In this document: in pieces, positions 1 to 9,810 of the stretch
How positions within the stretch are numbered: the stretch's first letter is position 1
Layout of the letters: each line of letters opens with the position of its first letter
DNA from: Myxococcales bacterium
Lineage (GTDB): Bacteria > Myxococcota_A > Polyangia > Polyangiales > DASUME01
Direction of reading: 5' to 3'
Assembly (NCBI GenBank): GCA_047601445.1
Contig: JASGJH010000001.1
Coordinates: forward strand, 8,224,001-8,288,000
Length of the DNA stretch: 64,000 nucleotides
The notes under the pieces: model-generated
What the model was told of the DNA's origin: nothing
What the model saw: only the letters and a program-made list of their open reading frames with translations
The model's database searches: none
Program-made: the position numbers and the translations under genes

Positions 1-593
1 AGCTCGTCTTGCTCGAGGCAAAGCAGATGCTCCGCGCTGTCGTCGTGGACCAGTCGAGGAACCGCTCCGCCACTCAAGGCGAACAGCTTGCCCTGGGGAC
101 CCGTGGCCGCGTAGACGGTGCTCTTCTTGGCGTCGAAGGCGAGTCCCCAGATGTGGTCCGCCCCCTCCAACTTCACGAGCTCCTTGGCAGCACCCTTGGC
201 GTCCACCGTGAAGATGCGTCCACCCGGCAGGCTGCCCGCGTAGAGCACGTCCCCCACCCACATCAGCGAGGTGATGACGGCGGCATCGGTGTCCGCAAAG
301 AGCTTCGCCCCGTCGGCCGTCACGCGATACACGGCGCCGTCGTTCCCGGTGCCCACGTAGATGGCACCGTCGGGCCCCACGGCACTGGAGTAAGCCACGG
401 GCACCCCTTCCAGGGGCACACGCTTGCTCGACATCCCGCGGGTCAGCGTGCCGCCCGAGTGCGAGGCCGCCCCCTCGAATTTGCCCTTCTCGAACGCCTC
501 GTTGGTGTCGATGACGAAGCTCTTGGTGGAGACGGCGAGGACCGCGCTCGGCACGAGCAACGTGCCTGCGAGCCACGCCAGCGCGCGCTTCAT
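1..593 (-). CDS. Secreted beta-propeller (WD40-like) protein, truncated by window edge
   Basis: Not in ORF track. ATG at 593 overlaps the upstream gene's TGA (ATGA) and follows an AAGGAG RBS. Reads MKRALAWLAGTLLVPSAVLAVSTKSF...AVGPDGAIYVGTGNDGAVYRV...LYAGSLPGGRIF...VYAATGPQGKLF (signal peptide plus propeller-blade repeats), open to position 1. Confidence 0.8.
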   Translation of the reverse strand, partial: MKRALAWLAGTLLVPSAVLAVSTKSFVIDTNEAFEKGKFEGAASHSGGTLTRGMSSKRVPLEGVPVAYSSAVGPDGAIYVGTGNDGAVYRVTADGAKLFADTDAAVITSLMWVGDVLYAGSLPGGRIFTVDAKGAAKELVKLEGADHIWGLAFDAKKSTVYAATGPQGKLFALSGGAVPRLVHDDSAEHLLCLEQDE

Positions 594-2506
594 TGTTTCT
601 CCTTACGTACACTGAGGCTCAGCTTGGCTTGGCCCGTGATCACACGACCCATCGGCAGCACCGTGCGCTCCTGGGTCACGAACAGGGGCGTGCGCGCTGT
701 GTCGTTGCCCGTGGCCAGGCTATCGAGCATCGAGCCAGGAAGATTGCGCACCACGTGACCCGCGAGGGTCATGCCGCGCGACTTGCGCTGCACACTGAGC
801 ACCAGGCTCGTGCCGGGCAGGCTAGTGCGGACGTTCGCGAGGACTTCGGTCAAGTTGCGGGCGATGGGCCGCTCCAGGCGCACTTGATCGCCGGGCTGCA
901 CTTCGAGCTCCACCTGCTCTCCCGCCAAGCTCGCAGGCACCGGGACCTCTACGATGCGTTGCTCGATGGGGCCGTCGTAGGCTTGCAGCGTCAAGACCAC
1001 CTTGGCGCTCGCGCCCGGATCGATCTCATCGGTGGTGAGCTGGGCCGACACGAGCTCCGTGACTTGGTGGCCGAAGCGTACGTCGAGGTCGATTTCCACG
1101 CGCTCGACCTCCGCCTTCTCGAACGGGTTGGCGTAGGCCGCTTCCAGGAGATCGAAGACCCGCAGCCGCGACAGCGCGCCGATCTGCGAGATGCCTGTCC
1201 CTGCGAAGCCTTCGTCGACCACGTCTTGTCTGGCTTGACCCTTGATTTGAACCCGGGTTTGCGCCCGGAACATCATGTCGTCGTTGTCGTTGAGGCTCGC
1301 TCCCACCGCGCTACCCAGGGCCGTGAGCACCATGGATGGCGTCAGCAGGCGATGGCTCACGACCTCCACGTTCCAACTCTCTCGCGGCAGTCCCGGTACG
1401 CCGCGCACGTGGATACGCACCGGGATCACCGCGGGCGTGACCCCGCTATCCACCACGATGGCGGACTGGCGGTCGTGGATGAGGGCGCCGAGCGGCTTGA
1501 TGGCCTCCGCCATCTTGAACGACGAGCGCTCGCTGGCGAGCACGTGGATGACGCGCGAGGTGGCGGTGGGCAGACCGACCTCGCCCGCATCGAGCATGGG
1601 GTGGCCGAAGGCGATGGCGCGCTTTCCGGCCACATGAGTGACGGTACCGACGGCGGTCGCCTGGATATCTCCGCGCATCAAGGTGACCGCGATGGAGCCG
1701 CCGTCGACGAAGCCCGCGGGACCGCTGTCGCCGGTCGAGCTGGCCCCCGTGCCGGCCTCGAGGACCTCCAGGCCCAGCGGACCAAGCTGCTCGCGCAACA
1801 CGCGCGCCATGGGCGCCGTGACACCTCCCACGAGCAACGGTGTGGCGCATGGGACGAGCCTGCTCTGGGTCGACGCGTCCTCGGAACGCAAGCGCTTGCG
1901 GCCAAGGTCCTCGAGCGACCAAAACGCATGGCGCCGCTCTTCGCCTCGGTAGCCGCCCTGGTTGCCAGGGCCTGCCGCGCTGCTCGCGCGCGGCGCGGAA
2001 AGCGGCGGCGCGATGGGGAAGGCATTCGGGCGCCTGGGACGCTCCAGCTCCTTGAGCATGTTGACGATGGGGGTCACGCCCGCGATGGGGTCCTTGCCGT
2101 AGGACCAGCCGTACGCGTAGGCGCCGAGCAGTCGTCCATCGAGGTAGATCGGGCTCCCGCTCATGCCTGCCACGGAGCCCGTATGCTCGAGGAGCGGGTG
2201 GGGCGTCTTGATCAGCACCAGATCCTGATCAGGCCGGAAGTTGTGGAGGACGCCGATGACCTCGACGTCGAAGCGCGCAGGCTCGGTACCTTCGAACACG
2301 CTGAGGCCGTAGCCCTTCATGCCCGCGCGCACCTCGGACACCGGCATGGTCTTCAGACCGGCCGGCTCCGAGCCGCTGGCAGCCGCCGAGAGCAGCCCGG
2401 TGGCAGCCGTGAAGAGACCCACGCCAATCAGCCGCTCGCGCAGACGCACCCTGAAGCGGCGCGGTCCACGGTGGGTGCGCCACTTCCTTTCCCAAGACCA
2501 ACTCAC
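590..2506 (-). CDS. SpoIVB peptidase S55 domain-containing protein
   Basis: GMKGYGLSVFEG, VAGMSGSPIYLDGRLLGA (catalytic Ser motif) and AFGHPM motifs. True start may be downstream of 2506. Confidence 0.85.
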   Translation of the reverse strand: MSWSWERKWRTHRGPRRFRVRLRERLIGVGLFTAATGLLSAAASGSEPAGLKTMPVSEVRAGMKGYGLSVFEGTEPARFDVEVIGVLHNFRPDQDLVLIKTPHPLLEHTGSVAGMSGSPIYLDGRLLGAYAYGWSYGKDPIAGVTPIVNMLKELERPRRPNAFPIAPPLSAPRASSAAGPGNQGGYRGEERRHAFWSLEDLGRKRLRSEDASTQSRLVPCATPLLVGGVTAPMARVLREQLGPLGLEVLEAGTGASSTGDSGPAGFVDGGSIAVTLMRGDIQATAVGTVTHVAGKRAIAFGHPMLDAGEVGLPTATSRVIHVLASERSSFKMAEAIKPLGALIHDRQSAIVVDSGVTPAVIPVRIHVRGVPGLPRESWNVEVVSHRLLTPSMVLTALGSAVGASLNDNDDMMFRAQTRVQIKGQARQDVVDEGFAGTGISQIGALSRLRVFDLLEAAYANPFEKAEVERVEIDLDVRFGHQVTELVSAQLTTDEIDPGASAKVVLTLQAYDGPIEQRIVEVPVPASLAGEQVELEVQPGDQVRLERPIARNLTEVLANVRTSLPGTSLVLSVQRKSRGMTLAGHVVRNLPGSMLDSLATGNDTARTPLFVTQERTVLPMGRVITGQAKLSLSVRKEKQ

Positions 2507-2513
2507 AAGGCGG

Positions 2514-3077
2514 TTATTCTGCCACGGCCCCGCGCGCCGGGAGCGCGCTGTTTGCGAGTGGCAGGCCCGAGGACCTGCGGGTCAGGGAGCGGGTCGCTGT
2601 GGCAGGCGCCAGGCGGGGGCGCGGCGTGCTGCTCCCAAAATCAGGCGCTAACCACTCCGCGACTTGCTCCGCCTGCAGCGGTCGGACGACGCATCCGAGG
2701 GCACCGGCGGCACGCGCGGCGGCGACGAAGCGTGGTTCGGCGTGGCTGACGATGACGAGCGCGCGCGAGCCCGGACGGGTTCGTTGAAGATCGCGCACCA
2801 GGTCGACCCCTGAACGTCCGGGCAAGCTCTCGCTCACCAAGATCAAGCTGACCGCCCACTCGCCCACCAACGCCAATGCGCCACTTCCGCTGCCGGTCGC
2901 GACCACGCGCAGTCCCTGCTTGCGGAGTACCTTGGCCATCTGGGCTTGCAGATCGGGATCGGCTTCCACGAGCAATACCGTGTGCTCGTGCGCGACCTCC
3001 GGCGCCGCCGAAGTCGCAATGCTCATCGCGGGGGTTCTCCCCCGTCGGCGAACAGCGCTGCGCTCGATCTTCCCCAT
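2514..3077 (-). CDS. Stand-alone response regulator receiver domain (atypical)
   Basis: TVLLVEAD...LILVSESLPGRSGVDL...AGALGCVVRP fits the REC fold. The phospho-acceptor Asp position appears to be Ser. Start uncertain (possibly MSIATS near 3026). Confidence 0.7.
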   Translation of the reverse strand: MGKIERSAVRRRGRTPAMSIATSAAPEVAHEHTVLLVEADPDLQAQMAKVLRKQGLRVVATGSGSGALALVGEWAVSLILVSESLPGRSGVDLVRDLQRTRPGSRALVIVSHAEPRFVAAARAAGALGCVVRPLQAEQVAEWLAPDFGSSTPRPRLAPATATRSLTRRSSGLPLANSALPARGAVAE

Positions 3078-3270
3078 GCGCGTTAGGTCAACCCCCCGGA
3101 TTGGCCATCATAGGGGCCGGTCTTAGCTCGTGCAATGACCAGGCTTGGCTGCGCGCTGCCCGAGTTGGGTGAACTTTGCTTGCTGAAAGCGCTATCTACT
3201 GAACATCATGTAAGTTTCGTCAACAGCCATGAAAGTGGTTGGGGTGATGCGGCCCACCAACCTGACCGAA

Positions 3271-3885
3271 CTAAAACACTCTGAACTGCATCAGGCGGCG
3301 GTCTCCCTGAGACAACACGATCCGCCGGACCTCTTCATGGCCACCTGGACGAAGCACGCTCACCGTGTGGGAGCCCGGGTCGACCCAGAGATTGTGATCC
3401 AGCTCGTTCATATAGATTCGCTTGTCGTCGATCAGCAGTCGGTCGTCCGGACGTAGGCCCTCGACCACCACCCGTAGGCGCGGGATGCTCGCTTCGATTC
3501 GAGCCATTTGGGTCTCCGCGACCTTGCGATGGCTAGGGCTGATACCAGGCGCGGTACTGGCGTTGAAGCGGCGATAGTTGGCGTTGCTTACCAACAGCTT
3601 GCCGGTGCGATGCTGCGCCCCCGCCAGGTTGAACAGGGCGGCCGGATTGGGCACCAGCGCGTACGACACTTGAAAGGCCACCAGCGCCTCTGCCCAATGG
3701 CCCAAGCGTGCCTGCTCCACACCCAGCTTGAACTGCTTGCGCGATTCCAGGATCGACGCCGCGGGTGGCTCGGCATCGGCGTGGACCTGCGCTGGCTCGA
3801 AGCGCAGACCCAGGGCCAGGTCGAAGCGGGCGGGTGCGACCGCGAGCACGACCAGGAACAGGCACAACAGGCTACGGCGCCGCAT
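3271..3885 (-). CDS. Secreted TPR plus PEGA-like domain protein
   Basis: Signal peptide MRRRSLLCLFLVVLAVAPA, TPR helices (EALVAFQVSYALVPNPAALFNLA), C-terminal VDPGSHTVSV PEGA-like strand domain. Confidence 0.7.
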   Translation of the reverse strand: MRRRSLLCLFLVVLAVAPARFDLALGLRFEPAQVHADAEPPAASILESRKQFKLGVEQARLGHWAEALVAFQVSYALVPNPAALFNLAGAQHRTGKLLVSNANYRRFNASTAPGISPSHRKVAETQMARIEASIPRLRVVVEGLRPDDRLLIDDKRIYMNELDHNLWVDPGSHTVSVLRPGGHEEVRRIVLSQGDRRLMQFRVF

Positions 3886-3938
3886 GGAACGCTTAGGGTA
3901 GATCACACCGGCCCACTTCGGAAGCATCTCGCCGGCGC

Positions 3939-5078
3939 TTGACGTGGCGCGAGCCGACGCCCATGAGAGATGTCGTGGTACGTCGTTTGCCCATTGCCGA
4001 TCAGGGGTCACCGCCGCTCCCAGCGCGGGTCGACCCGGGTTTTGCGGCTGACCTCTCGGGCTCGCCCGCTGCCGCGCTGCCTTCCACGCTGTCCGACCCA
4101 CGCGGCCGTGTTTACTCGTACCTGCGGCTGTCGGTCACCGATCGCTGCGACTTCGCCTGCGTCTACTGCATGCCTCCGGGCGGCGAAGACGATCACGCGC
4201 TGCGGCCCGAGCTGCTCACCTTCGAGGAGATCGCACGCGTGGTTGCGGTGTTCGAGAGCGTGGGCGTGAACCGCGTGCGCTTTACCGGCGGTGAGCCCCT
4301 GGTGCGACGCGACATCGTGGGCCTGGTGGACCTGGTGCGTCGGCGGACCGGCGTGGAGCGCCTGGTCATGACCACCAACGGGAATCGCCTGGCCGAGCTG
4401 GCCAAGCCCTTGCGCGCGGCGGGTCTGAGCGGCTGCAACGTGTCCATCGATACCCTCGATCCGGAGCGCTTTCGCGCCATCACGCGGGGGGGTGACGTGA
4501 GCGCGGTGGTGGCCGGCGTGCACGCCGCGCTCGATGCGGGACTCGAGGTGAAGATCAACGCGGTCCTGCTGGGCGGTGTGAACGAGGAGGATGCGGGGCG
4601 GCTCGTGGACTGGGCCTGGTCCCTGGGGCTGACGCCGCGCTTCATCGAGTTGATGCCGCTGGGGGAAGCCGCCAACCTGCCGCCCGAACGCTTCCTGAGT
4701 CGAGAGCGGGTGCTCGCGGCTTTGGGGGACAGGCTCGAGGTCTCGGACACGGCGCGCTCGGTGCCCGGCCAGGGGCCCGCACGCTACGTCCATGGGCGTG
4801 GCGCGGATCGCACGCGCAGGGTCGGTTTCATCACGGCGGTCTCCGACGAGTTCTGCGCGGACTGCAACCGCGTACGCGTCAATGCGCGTGGCGAGATTCG
4901 GGCTTGCCTGGCGTCGCGGCGCGCGGTCTCGCTGCGCGATCTGTTGCGCGCGGGCCGCAGCGACGCTGAACTCGTGGACGCCATCCGCTACGCGCTGGGC
5001 GAAAAGCACCGTGGACACCGCTTCGACGTGGCGGGCGAGGAGCATACGCGCGTCGGGATGAGCCTGATCGGCGGTTGA
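3939..5078 (+). CDS. moaA: GTP 3',8-cyclase MoaA
   Basis: YLRLSVTDRCDFACVYCMP (radical SAM CxxxCxxC), FTGGEPL, FCADCNRVR, C-terminal MSLIGG. Start may be ATG 3963. Confidence 0.95.
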   Translation: MTWREPTPMRDVVVRRLPIADQGSPPLPARVDPGFAADLSGSPAAALPSTLSDPRGRVYSYLRLSVTDRCDFACVYCMPPGGEDDHALRPELLTFEEIARVVAVFESVGVNRVRFTGGEPLVRRDIVGLVDLVRRRTGVERLVMTTNGNRLAELAKPLRAAGLSGCNVSIDTLDPERFRAITRGGDVSAVVAGVHAALDAGLEVKINAVLLGGVNEEDAGRLVDWAWSLGLTPRFIELMPLGEAANLPPERFLSRERVLAALGDRLEVSDTARSVPGQGPARYVHGRGADRTRRVGFITAVSDEFCADCNRVRVNARGEIRACLASRRAVSLRDLLRAGRSDAELVDAIRYALGEKHRGHRFDVAGEEHTRVGMSLIGG

Positions 5079-5084
5079 TGACTG

Positions 5085-5558
5085 ATGCGCGCGGCGCCAG
5101 CTCGGGTTACACATCGGCTCTCCGTGACGACGTCTCCGAGCAAGCTGTGGATGTGGGTGTTCGTATCGCTGGCTGCCGGCTGCAGCGAGCGTACGGGCGA
5201 GCTCAGGGAGTGGAAGCCGGAGGACCATCAGCCGCCACCCGCGGTGGCTCCGGAAGGGCAGGGCGAAGGCGCGGGCCCCGGCGGCGACACCACGGCCAAC
5301 GCCGTGGCGGCCCTGTGGAGCCTTCGTTGTGCCACCTGCCACGGGCCTCAGGGCAGGGGCGACGGTGCGCAGCGGCCGCCGGGCAGCGCCATGCCGGACA
5401 TGGCTCAAGGGGCTTTCCAGGCGCAGCGCTCCGACGCGCAGCTGGCCGAGACCATCACCCGGGGCCGCGGGATGATGCCCGCTTTCGGCCAGGAGCTGAC
5501 CGAGGCGGGCACGGCGGCCCTGATCCAGCACATCCGGAGCTTCGGGGCGCCTCCATGA
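5085..5558 (+). CDS. Monoheme c-type cytochrome, probable lipoprotein
   Basis: LAAGC lipobox, CATCHG heme motif, GRGMMPAF axial Met region. Confidence 0.85.
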   Translation: MRAAPARVTHRLSVTTSPSKLWMWVFVSLAAGCSERTGELREWKPEDHQPPPAVAPEGQGEGAGPGGDTTANAVAALWSLRCATCHGPQGRGDGAQRPPGSAMPDMAQGAFQAQRSDAQLAETITRGRGMMPAFGQELTEAGTAALIQHIRSFGAPP

Positions 5559-5639
5559 CAGGGCAGCCTGCGGGGCTTGGCGGCTGTCCGACCGAGTTTT
5601 GCAGAATGGTGCCAGATCGGTTAAACCCGGCTGGCTTTT

Positions 5640-5713
5640 TCCCGAGTCGTCTAAAGGCAGGACGGCGGACTTTGGATCCGCTAATGATGGTTCGAATCCA
5701 TCCTCGGGAACCA
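5640..5713 (+). tRNA. tRNA-Gln (TTG), CCA encoded
   Basis: Acceptor stem TCCCGAG/CTCGGGA plus A plus CCA; anticodon arm GCGGA-CTTTGGA-TCCGC; T-loop GGTTCGAATCC. Confidence 0.95.
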
Positions 5714-5793
5714 CGCGGACGCTGGTCGTTGCTCGGCCTTGTTGGTTCAGACAAGCCAGATTCAGACAGGCCCCTGTTTTGAGGCGGGACAGC

Positions 5794-7614
5794 ATGGCCG
5801 ACGGCCGCAGGTACAAAGACCTTTGCGAGCTGTACGAAAGCAGCGTCCGTAGCTTCTCCGAGAAGCCGCTGTTCGGCACGCGCGAGAGCCGGGGGTGGCA
5901 CTGGCTGAGCTACCGCGATTTCGCCAGCCGGGTCGACGTGCTGCGCGCGGCCCTGGGCATGCGAGGGATCTCGCGCGGCGACCGCGTGGCCCTGATCGCC
6001 CCCAACGGCGTCGACTGGGCCACCGTCGCGTTCGCCACCTTCACCGCGGGCGGGGTGTTGGTGCCAATCTACCCCTACCAGCGCTACGACGACTGGCTCG
6101 ACATCCTGCGCGACGCCAACCCCCGCTTCGTGTTCACCCACGACATCGAAGCAGCCAGTGCGGTCAACGGCTGGCGCAGCGAGCTGCACCCTGACCTGCT
6201 CTCGGTGTCGATGGCGGGACGTGCCATCGCCGGTTCCATCTCGCTCGACGAGCTCACGGAGCGCGCGTTGTCCTCCGAGCTACCCGTGCAGCGCCTGGAC
6301 CCCAAGGACCTGTGCACGTTGATTTACACCTCGGGCACGTCGGGCCGGCCCAAGGGTGTCCAGCTCAGCCACGCCAACGTGGTGGCCGTGCTCAACGATC
6401 TGCGCCGCATCTTCCCGGTCAATTCGAGTGATCGCTCGCTCGCGTTCCTGCCCTGGGCGCATGCGTTCGGGCAAGTGGTGGAGCTGTACGGCTTGTTCTC
6501 CATGGGTGCCTCGCTGGCCGTGGCCCCGAACGAAGACGAGATCGTGAAGAGCCTACAAGAGGTCAGACCGACCCTGATCTTCAGCGTTCCCAAGCTTTTC
6601 AATCGCCTCTACGACACGCTCCAGGAGCGCGTTCGCCGCGAGGGCGTGCTCACGCGCAGGCTGTTCGACGAGGCGCTCGAGAACGCGCGCCAGCGGCGTC
6701 GGATCCGCGGTCAGGGCAAGGCCCGCGGCGTCGTCGAGCTCAAGGCCAAGGTCTATGATCGACTGGTGTTCGAGCGCATCCGCGAGCAGTTCGGCGGACG
6801 CGTGCATTACGCGGTGAGCGGCGGCGCGCAGCTGGCACCCGAGGTGGCCGAGTTCGTGGATAGCCTCGGCATCACGCTCTACGAGGGCTATGGCCTGACC
6901 GAGGCGGCGCCCATCGTGAGCGCGAACTGGCCCGGCGCACGCAAGCTCGGCTCGGTGGGGAAGCCCTTGCCGTCGGTGCGCGTGATGATCGATCACAACG
7001 TCGGGCCCAACACCCGCGACGGGGAGATCATCGTGTACGGCCCCAACGTGATGCGCGGCTATCACAACGCCCCCGACGAGACGGCGCGGGCGCTCACGGC
7101 GGAGGGCGGCCTGCGCACGGGCGACCTCGGCTACATCGACAAAGAGGGCTTCCTATTCGTCACTGGGCGCATCAAGGAACAGTACAAGCTCGACAATGGC
7201 CGCTACGTGGTACCGAGTCCGCTCGAGGCTGACTTGCGCGCGTCTCGGTTCATCCGACATGTGATGCTGTGTGGCGACGGACGTCCGCACAACGTGGCGC
7301 TGATCGTCCCAGAATTCGAGTTCCTCGAGAGCTGGGCTCAAGAGCAGGGCATCCGCACGGGCAGCCGCGAGGAGCTCCTGCAGCACCCCGACGTGCGCAC
7401 CACGTTTGCGCGGGAAATCGAGCGCTGCTCGGAGACGTTCCGGCAGTTCGAGAAGGTGCGCGGTTTCGGCCTGCTCGAGCACGACTTCTCGGTGGAAGAC
7501 GGCACATTGACCCACACGCTGAAGATTCGTCGGCGCGAGGTGCAGTCGGTCTACGCGGAGTTGATCGACGAGCTCTATGGTGTTCACCGCGGCGAGCGTG
7601 CAGCGGTAGACTAA
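5794..7614 (+). CDS. Long-chain fatty acid-CoA ligase (AMP-binding, FadD-like)
   Basis: IYTSGTSGRPKGV, YEGYGLTE, LRTGDLG and TGRIKE motifs. Start set to ATG 5794 because the longer ORF overlaps the tRNA. Confidence 0.9.
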   Translation: MADGRRYKDLCELYESSVRSFSEKPLFGTRESRGWHWLSYRDFASRVDVLRAALGMRGISRGDRVALIAPNGVDWATVAFATFTAGGVLVPIYPYQRYDDWLDILRDANPRFVFTHDIEAASAVNGWRSELHPDLLSVSMAGRAIAGSISLDELTERALSSELPVQRLDPKDLCTLIYTSGTSGRPKGVQLSHANVVAVLNDLRRIFPVNSSDRSLAFLPWAHAFGQVVELYGLFSMGASLAVAPNEDEIVKSLQEVRPTLIFSVPKLFNRLYDTLQERVRREGVLTRRLFDEALENARQRRRIRGQGKARGVVELKAKVYDRLVFERIREQFGGRVHYAVSGGAQLAPEVAEFVDSLGITLYEGYGLTEAAPIVSANWPGARKLGSVGKPLPSVRVMIDHNVGPNTRDGEIIVYGPNVMRGYHNAPDETARALTAEGGLRTGDLGYIDKEGFLFVTGRIKEQYKLDNGRYVVPSPLEADLRASRFIRHVMLCGDGRPHNVALIVPEFEFLESWAQEQGIRTGSREELLQHPDVRTTFAREIERCSETFRQFEKVRGFGLLEHDFSVEDGTLTHTLKIRRREVQSVYAELIDELYGVHRGERAAVD

Positions 7615-7642
7615 CTTCCAAAAAAGGCGCGAGGAGTCGAGC

Positions 7643-8803
7643 ATGGCAGAGGCCACATGGAACTATCCGACACGAATTCTCTTCGGCGTTGGAGCTGTCG
7701 GCGACCTGGGAGCGGAGGCCAAGAAGTTGGGCACCACCCGAGCGCTCATCGTGTCGGATCCGGGCGTGACCCGGGCGGGATTGCTCGCGCCCGTCGAAGA
7801 GTCGTTGAAGAAGCAGGGCATCGAGGTGTCCTCCTTCGATCAGATCTCCACCAACCCCACCGAGGCCGAAGCCCGCGCGGCCGCCTCGGCCTTCCGTGAG
7901 TCTCGCGCCGATGCGGTGATCGCCGTCGGCGGTGGCGCCGCCCTCGATATCGGTAAGATGGTGCGCATCCTGGCGACCGAGACGCTTCCGCTCGAGGAGC
8001 TCGACGACGCCATCGGCGGTGACGCCAAGATGAAGGCGAACTTCCCGCCCATGATCGCCGTGCCCACCACGGCCGGTACGGGCAGCGAGGTGGGACGCAG
8101 TGCGGTGGCGACCCTGGCCTCGAGCGGCAAGAAGACGATCTTCTTCCATCCCAAGTTGATCGCCAACGTGGCGGTGCTCGACCCGCGCATGACCGAGTCG
8201 TTGCCCGCCAAGTTCACCGCGGCCACGGGCTTCGACGCGCTCACCCACAGCATCGAGGCCTTTCTCGCCAAGGGCGACCATCCGATGGCGGACGCCATCG
8301 CGCTCAAGTCCGTGAGCTTGGTCGGCCGCTACCTCGAGCGCGCCGTGAAAGATCCACGCGACCTCGACGCGCGCGGGGCGCTGCTCAAGGCGTCGATGAT
8401 GGGCGCAGTGGCGTTCCAGAAGGGCCTGGGCGTGTGTCACAGCCTGGCTCACCCGCTCGGCGCCGAGCACGACCTCCATCACGGACTGGCGAACGCGCTG
8501 TGTCTGCCGGCGGTGATCGACTTCAACCGCAGCGCGGTGTCGAGCCGCATTGCGGACATCGCGAGGGCGCTCGGCGTGCGTGGCGAGGACGAAGACACCT
8601 TGGCCTTCGAATGCTCCGGGGCGATCCGGGCGCTGCGCCACAAGGTGGGCCTGCCGGACGGCCTGGCGTCCGTGGGCATCAAGGACGAACACATCGCCAA
8701 GCTCGCGAAGCTGGCCATGGAAGACGGCTGTCACGCGTGCAATCCGCGCGTCTGCACGGAGCACGACATGGAGCAGCTGTACCGCGTCTCCATGGGGGCA
8801 TGA
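7643..8803 (+). CDS. Iron-containing alcohol dehydrogenase
   Basis: AVGGGAALD, PTTAGTGSEV, DALTHSIE, CHSLAH and HHGLAN motifs. GAGGAG RBS upstream. Confidence 0.9.
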   Translation: MAEATWNYPTRILFGVGAVGDLGAEAKKLGTTRALIVSDPGVTRAGLLAPVEESLKKQGIEVSSFDQISTNPTEAEARAAASAFRESRADAVIAVGGGAALDIGKMVRILATETLPLEELDDAIGGDAKMKANFPPMIAVPTTAGTGSEVGRSAVATLASSGKKTIFFHPKLIANVAVLDPRMTESLPAKFTAATGFDALTHSIEAFLAKGDHPMADAIALKSVSLVGRYLERAVKDPRDLDARGALLKASMMGAVAFQKGLGVCHSLAHPLGAEHDLHHGLANALCLPAVIDFNRSAVSSRIADIARALGVRGEDEDTLAFECSGAIRALRHKVGLPDGLASVGIKDEHIAKLAKLAMEDGCHACNPRVCTEHDMEQLYRVSMGA

Positions 8804-8833
8804 GCAGGGAGCCCGAGCGCCGCGCTCGCGCGC

Positions 8834-9667
8834 TCAGGCTTGCTTGGCCGGATCCCAGCCCGTGGTGAGGCCTTCCTCGAGGCCGTCCAGGCTCTCCATG
8901 GCCTCCGCAGAAAGTTCGAAATCGAACAGATTCGCGTTCTCGTCGATGCGCGCTGCGTGCGTCGACTTGGGCAGCACCACCAGCCCGTGCTGGATGCCCC
9001 ACCGCAGGAGCACCTGCGCGGGCGTCCGACCGCATTGACTCGCGACGGCCATCACTTGCGGATGCCCGAGCCGCTGGCCGCGCGTGAGCGGGCTGTACGC
9101 CTCCACTACGATGCCTTGCTCGCGACACAGGGCCCGCGTCTCCCGGCGCTGCAGGAAGGGGCTCAACTCGATCTGATTGATCGCGGGGATACGCTCGCAC
9201 TGCGCTAGCAATTCCCTCAGGTGCGGTACCAGGAAATTACTCACGCCGATGGAGCGCGCCCGCCCCTCCGCTTGGAGGTCCTCGAGGGCCTGCCAGGAGT
9301 CGAGCCGCTTGCCGGCGACCGGCCAATGCAACAGGTAAAGGTCCACGTATTCGAGGCCCAGGCGCTTCAGGCTCTGCTCGAGGGCACGCAGCGCGGAATC
9401 GTAACCTTGGTCATCATTCCAGAGTTTGGTGGTGACGAAGATGTCCTCGCGCGGGATGCCGGACTCCCGGATCGCCCAGCCCACGTCAGCCTCGTTGCCA
9501 TAGATCCGGGCCGTGTCTACGTGACGGTAGCCCCGCCGCAGCGCCGACAGGACCGCCTCACGTGTCACTTCTCCGCGGGCGGCTTGCCACACGCCCAGGC
9601 CGACTTGTGGAATGGTTTGGCCGTTGTTCAGCGGTAAGCGCGTGGTGCTGACGTCACTTCGGAGCAT
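8834..9667 (-). CDS. Aldo/keto reductase (2,5-DKG reductase-like)
   Basis: GYRHVDTARIYGNE, FVTTKLWN, LYLLHWP, IGVSNF and LPKS motifs. Start set to ATG 9667. Confidence 0.9.
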   Translation of the reverse strand: MLRSDVSTTRLPLNNGQTIPQVGLGVWQAARGEVTREAVLSALRRGYRHVDTARIYGNEADVGWAIRESGIPREDIFVTTKLWNDDQGYDSALRALEQSLKRLGLEYVDLYLLHWPVAGKRLDSWQALEDLQAEGRARSIGVSNFLVPHLRELLAQCERIPAINQIELSPFLQRRETRALCREQGIVVEAYSPLTRGQRLGHPQVMAVASQCGRTPAQVLLRWGIQHGLVVLPKSTHAARIDENANLFDFELSAEAMESLDGLEEGLTTGWDPAKQA

Positions 9668-9810
9668 GTGCGAGTCCTGTCGGTGTTGGCCTTGATGCGA
9701 GGGCCTGACGAATCCAGGATGTTCAGGTAGGCGCGGGAGTCCACAGGGAAGCCTCCCCTTTCTCTCGCGCCCGCCCCAACTTTGGCGTAAAGAAGCTGGC
9801 ACGGGAACCC

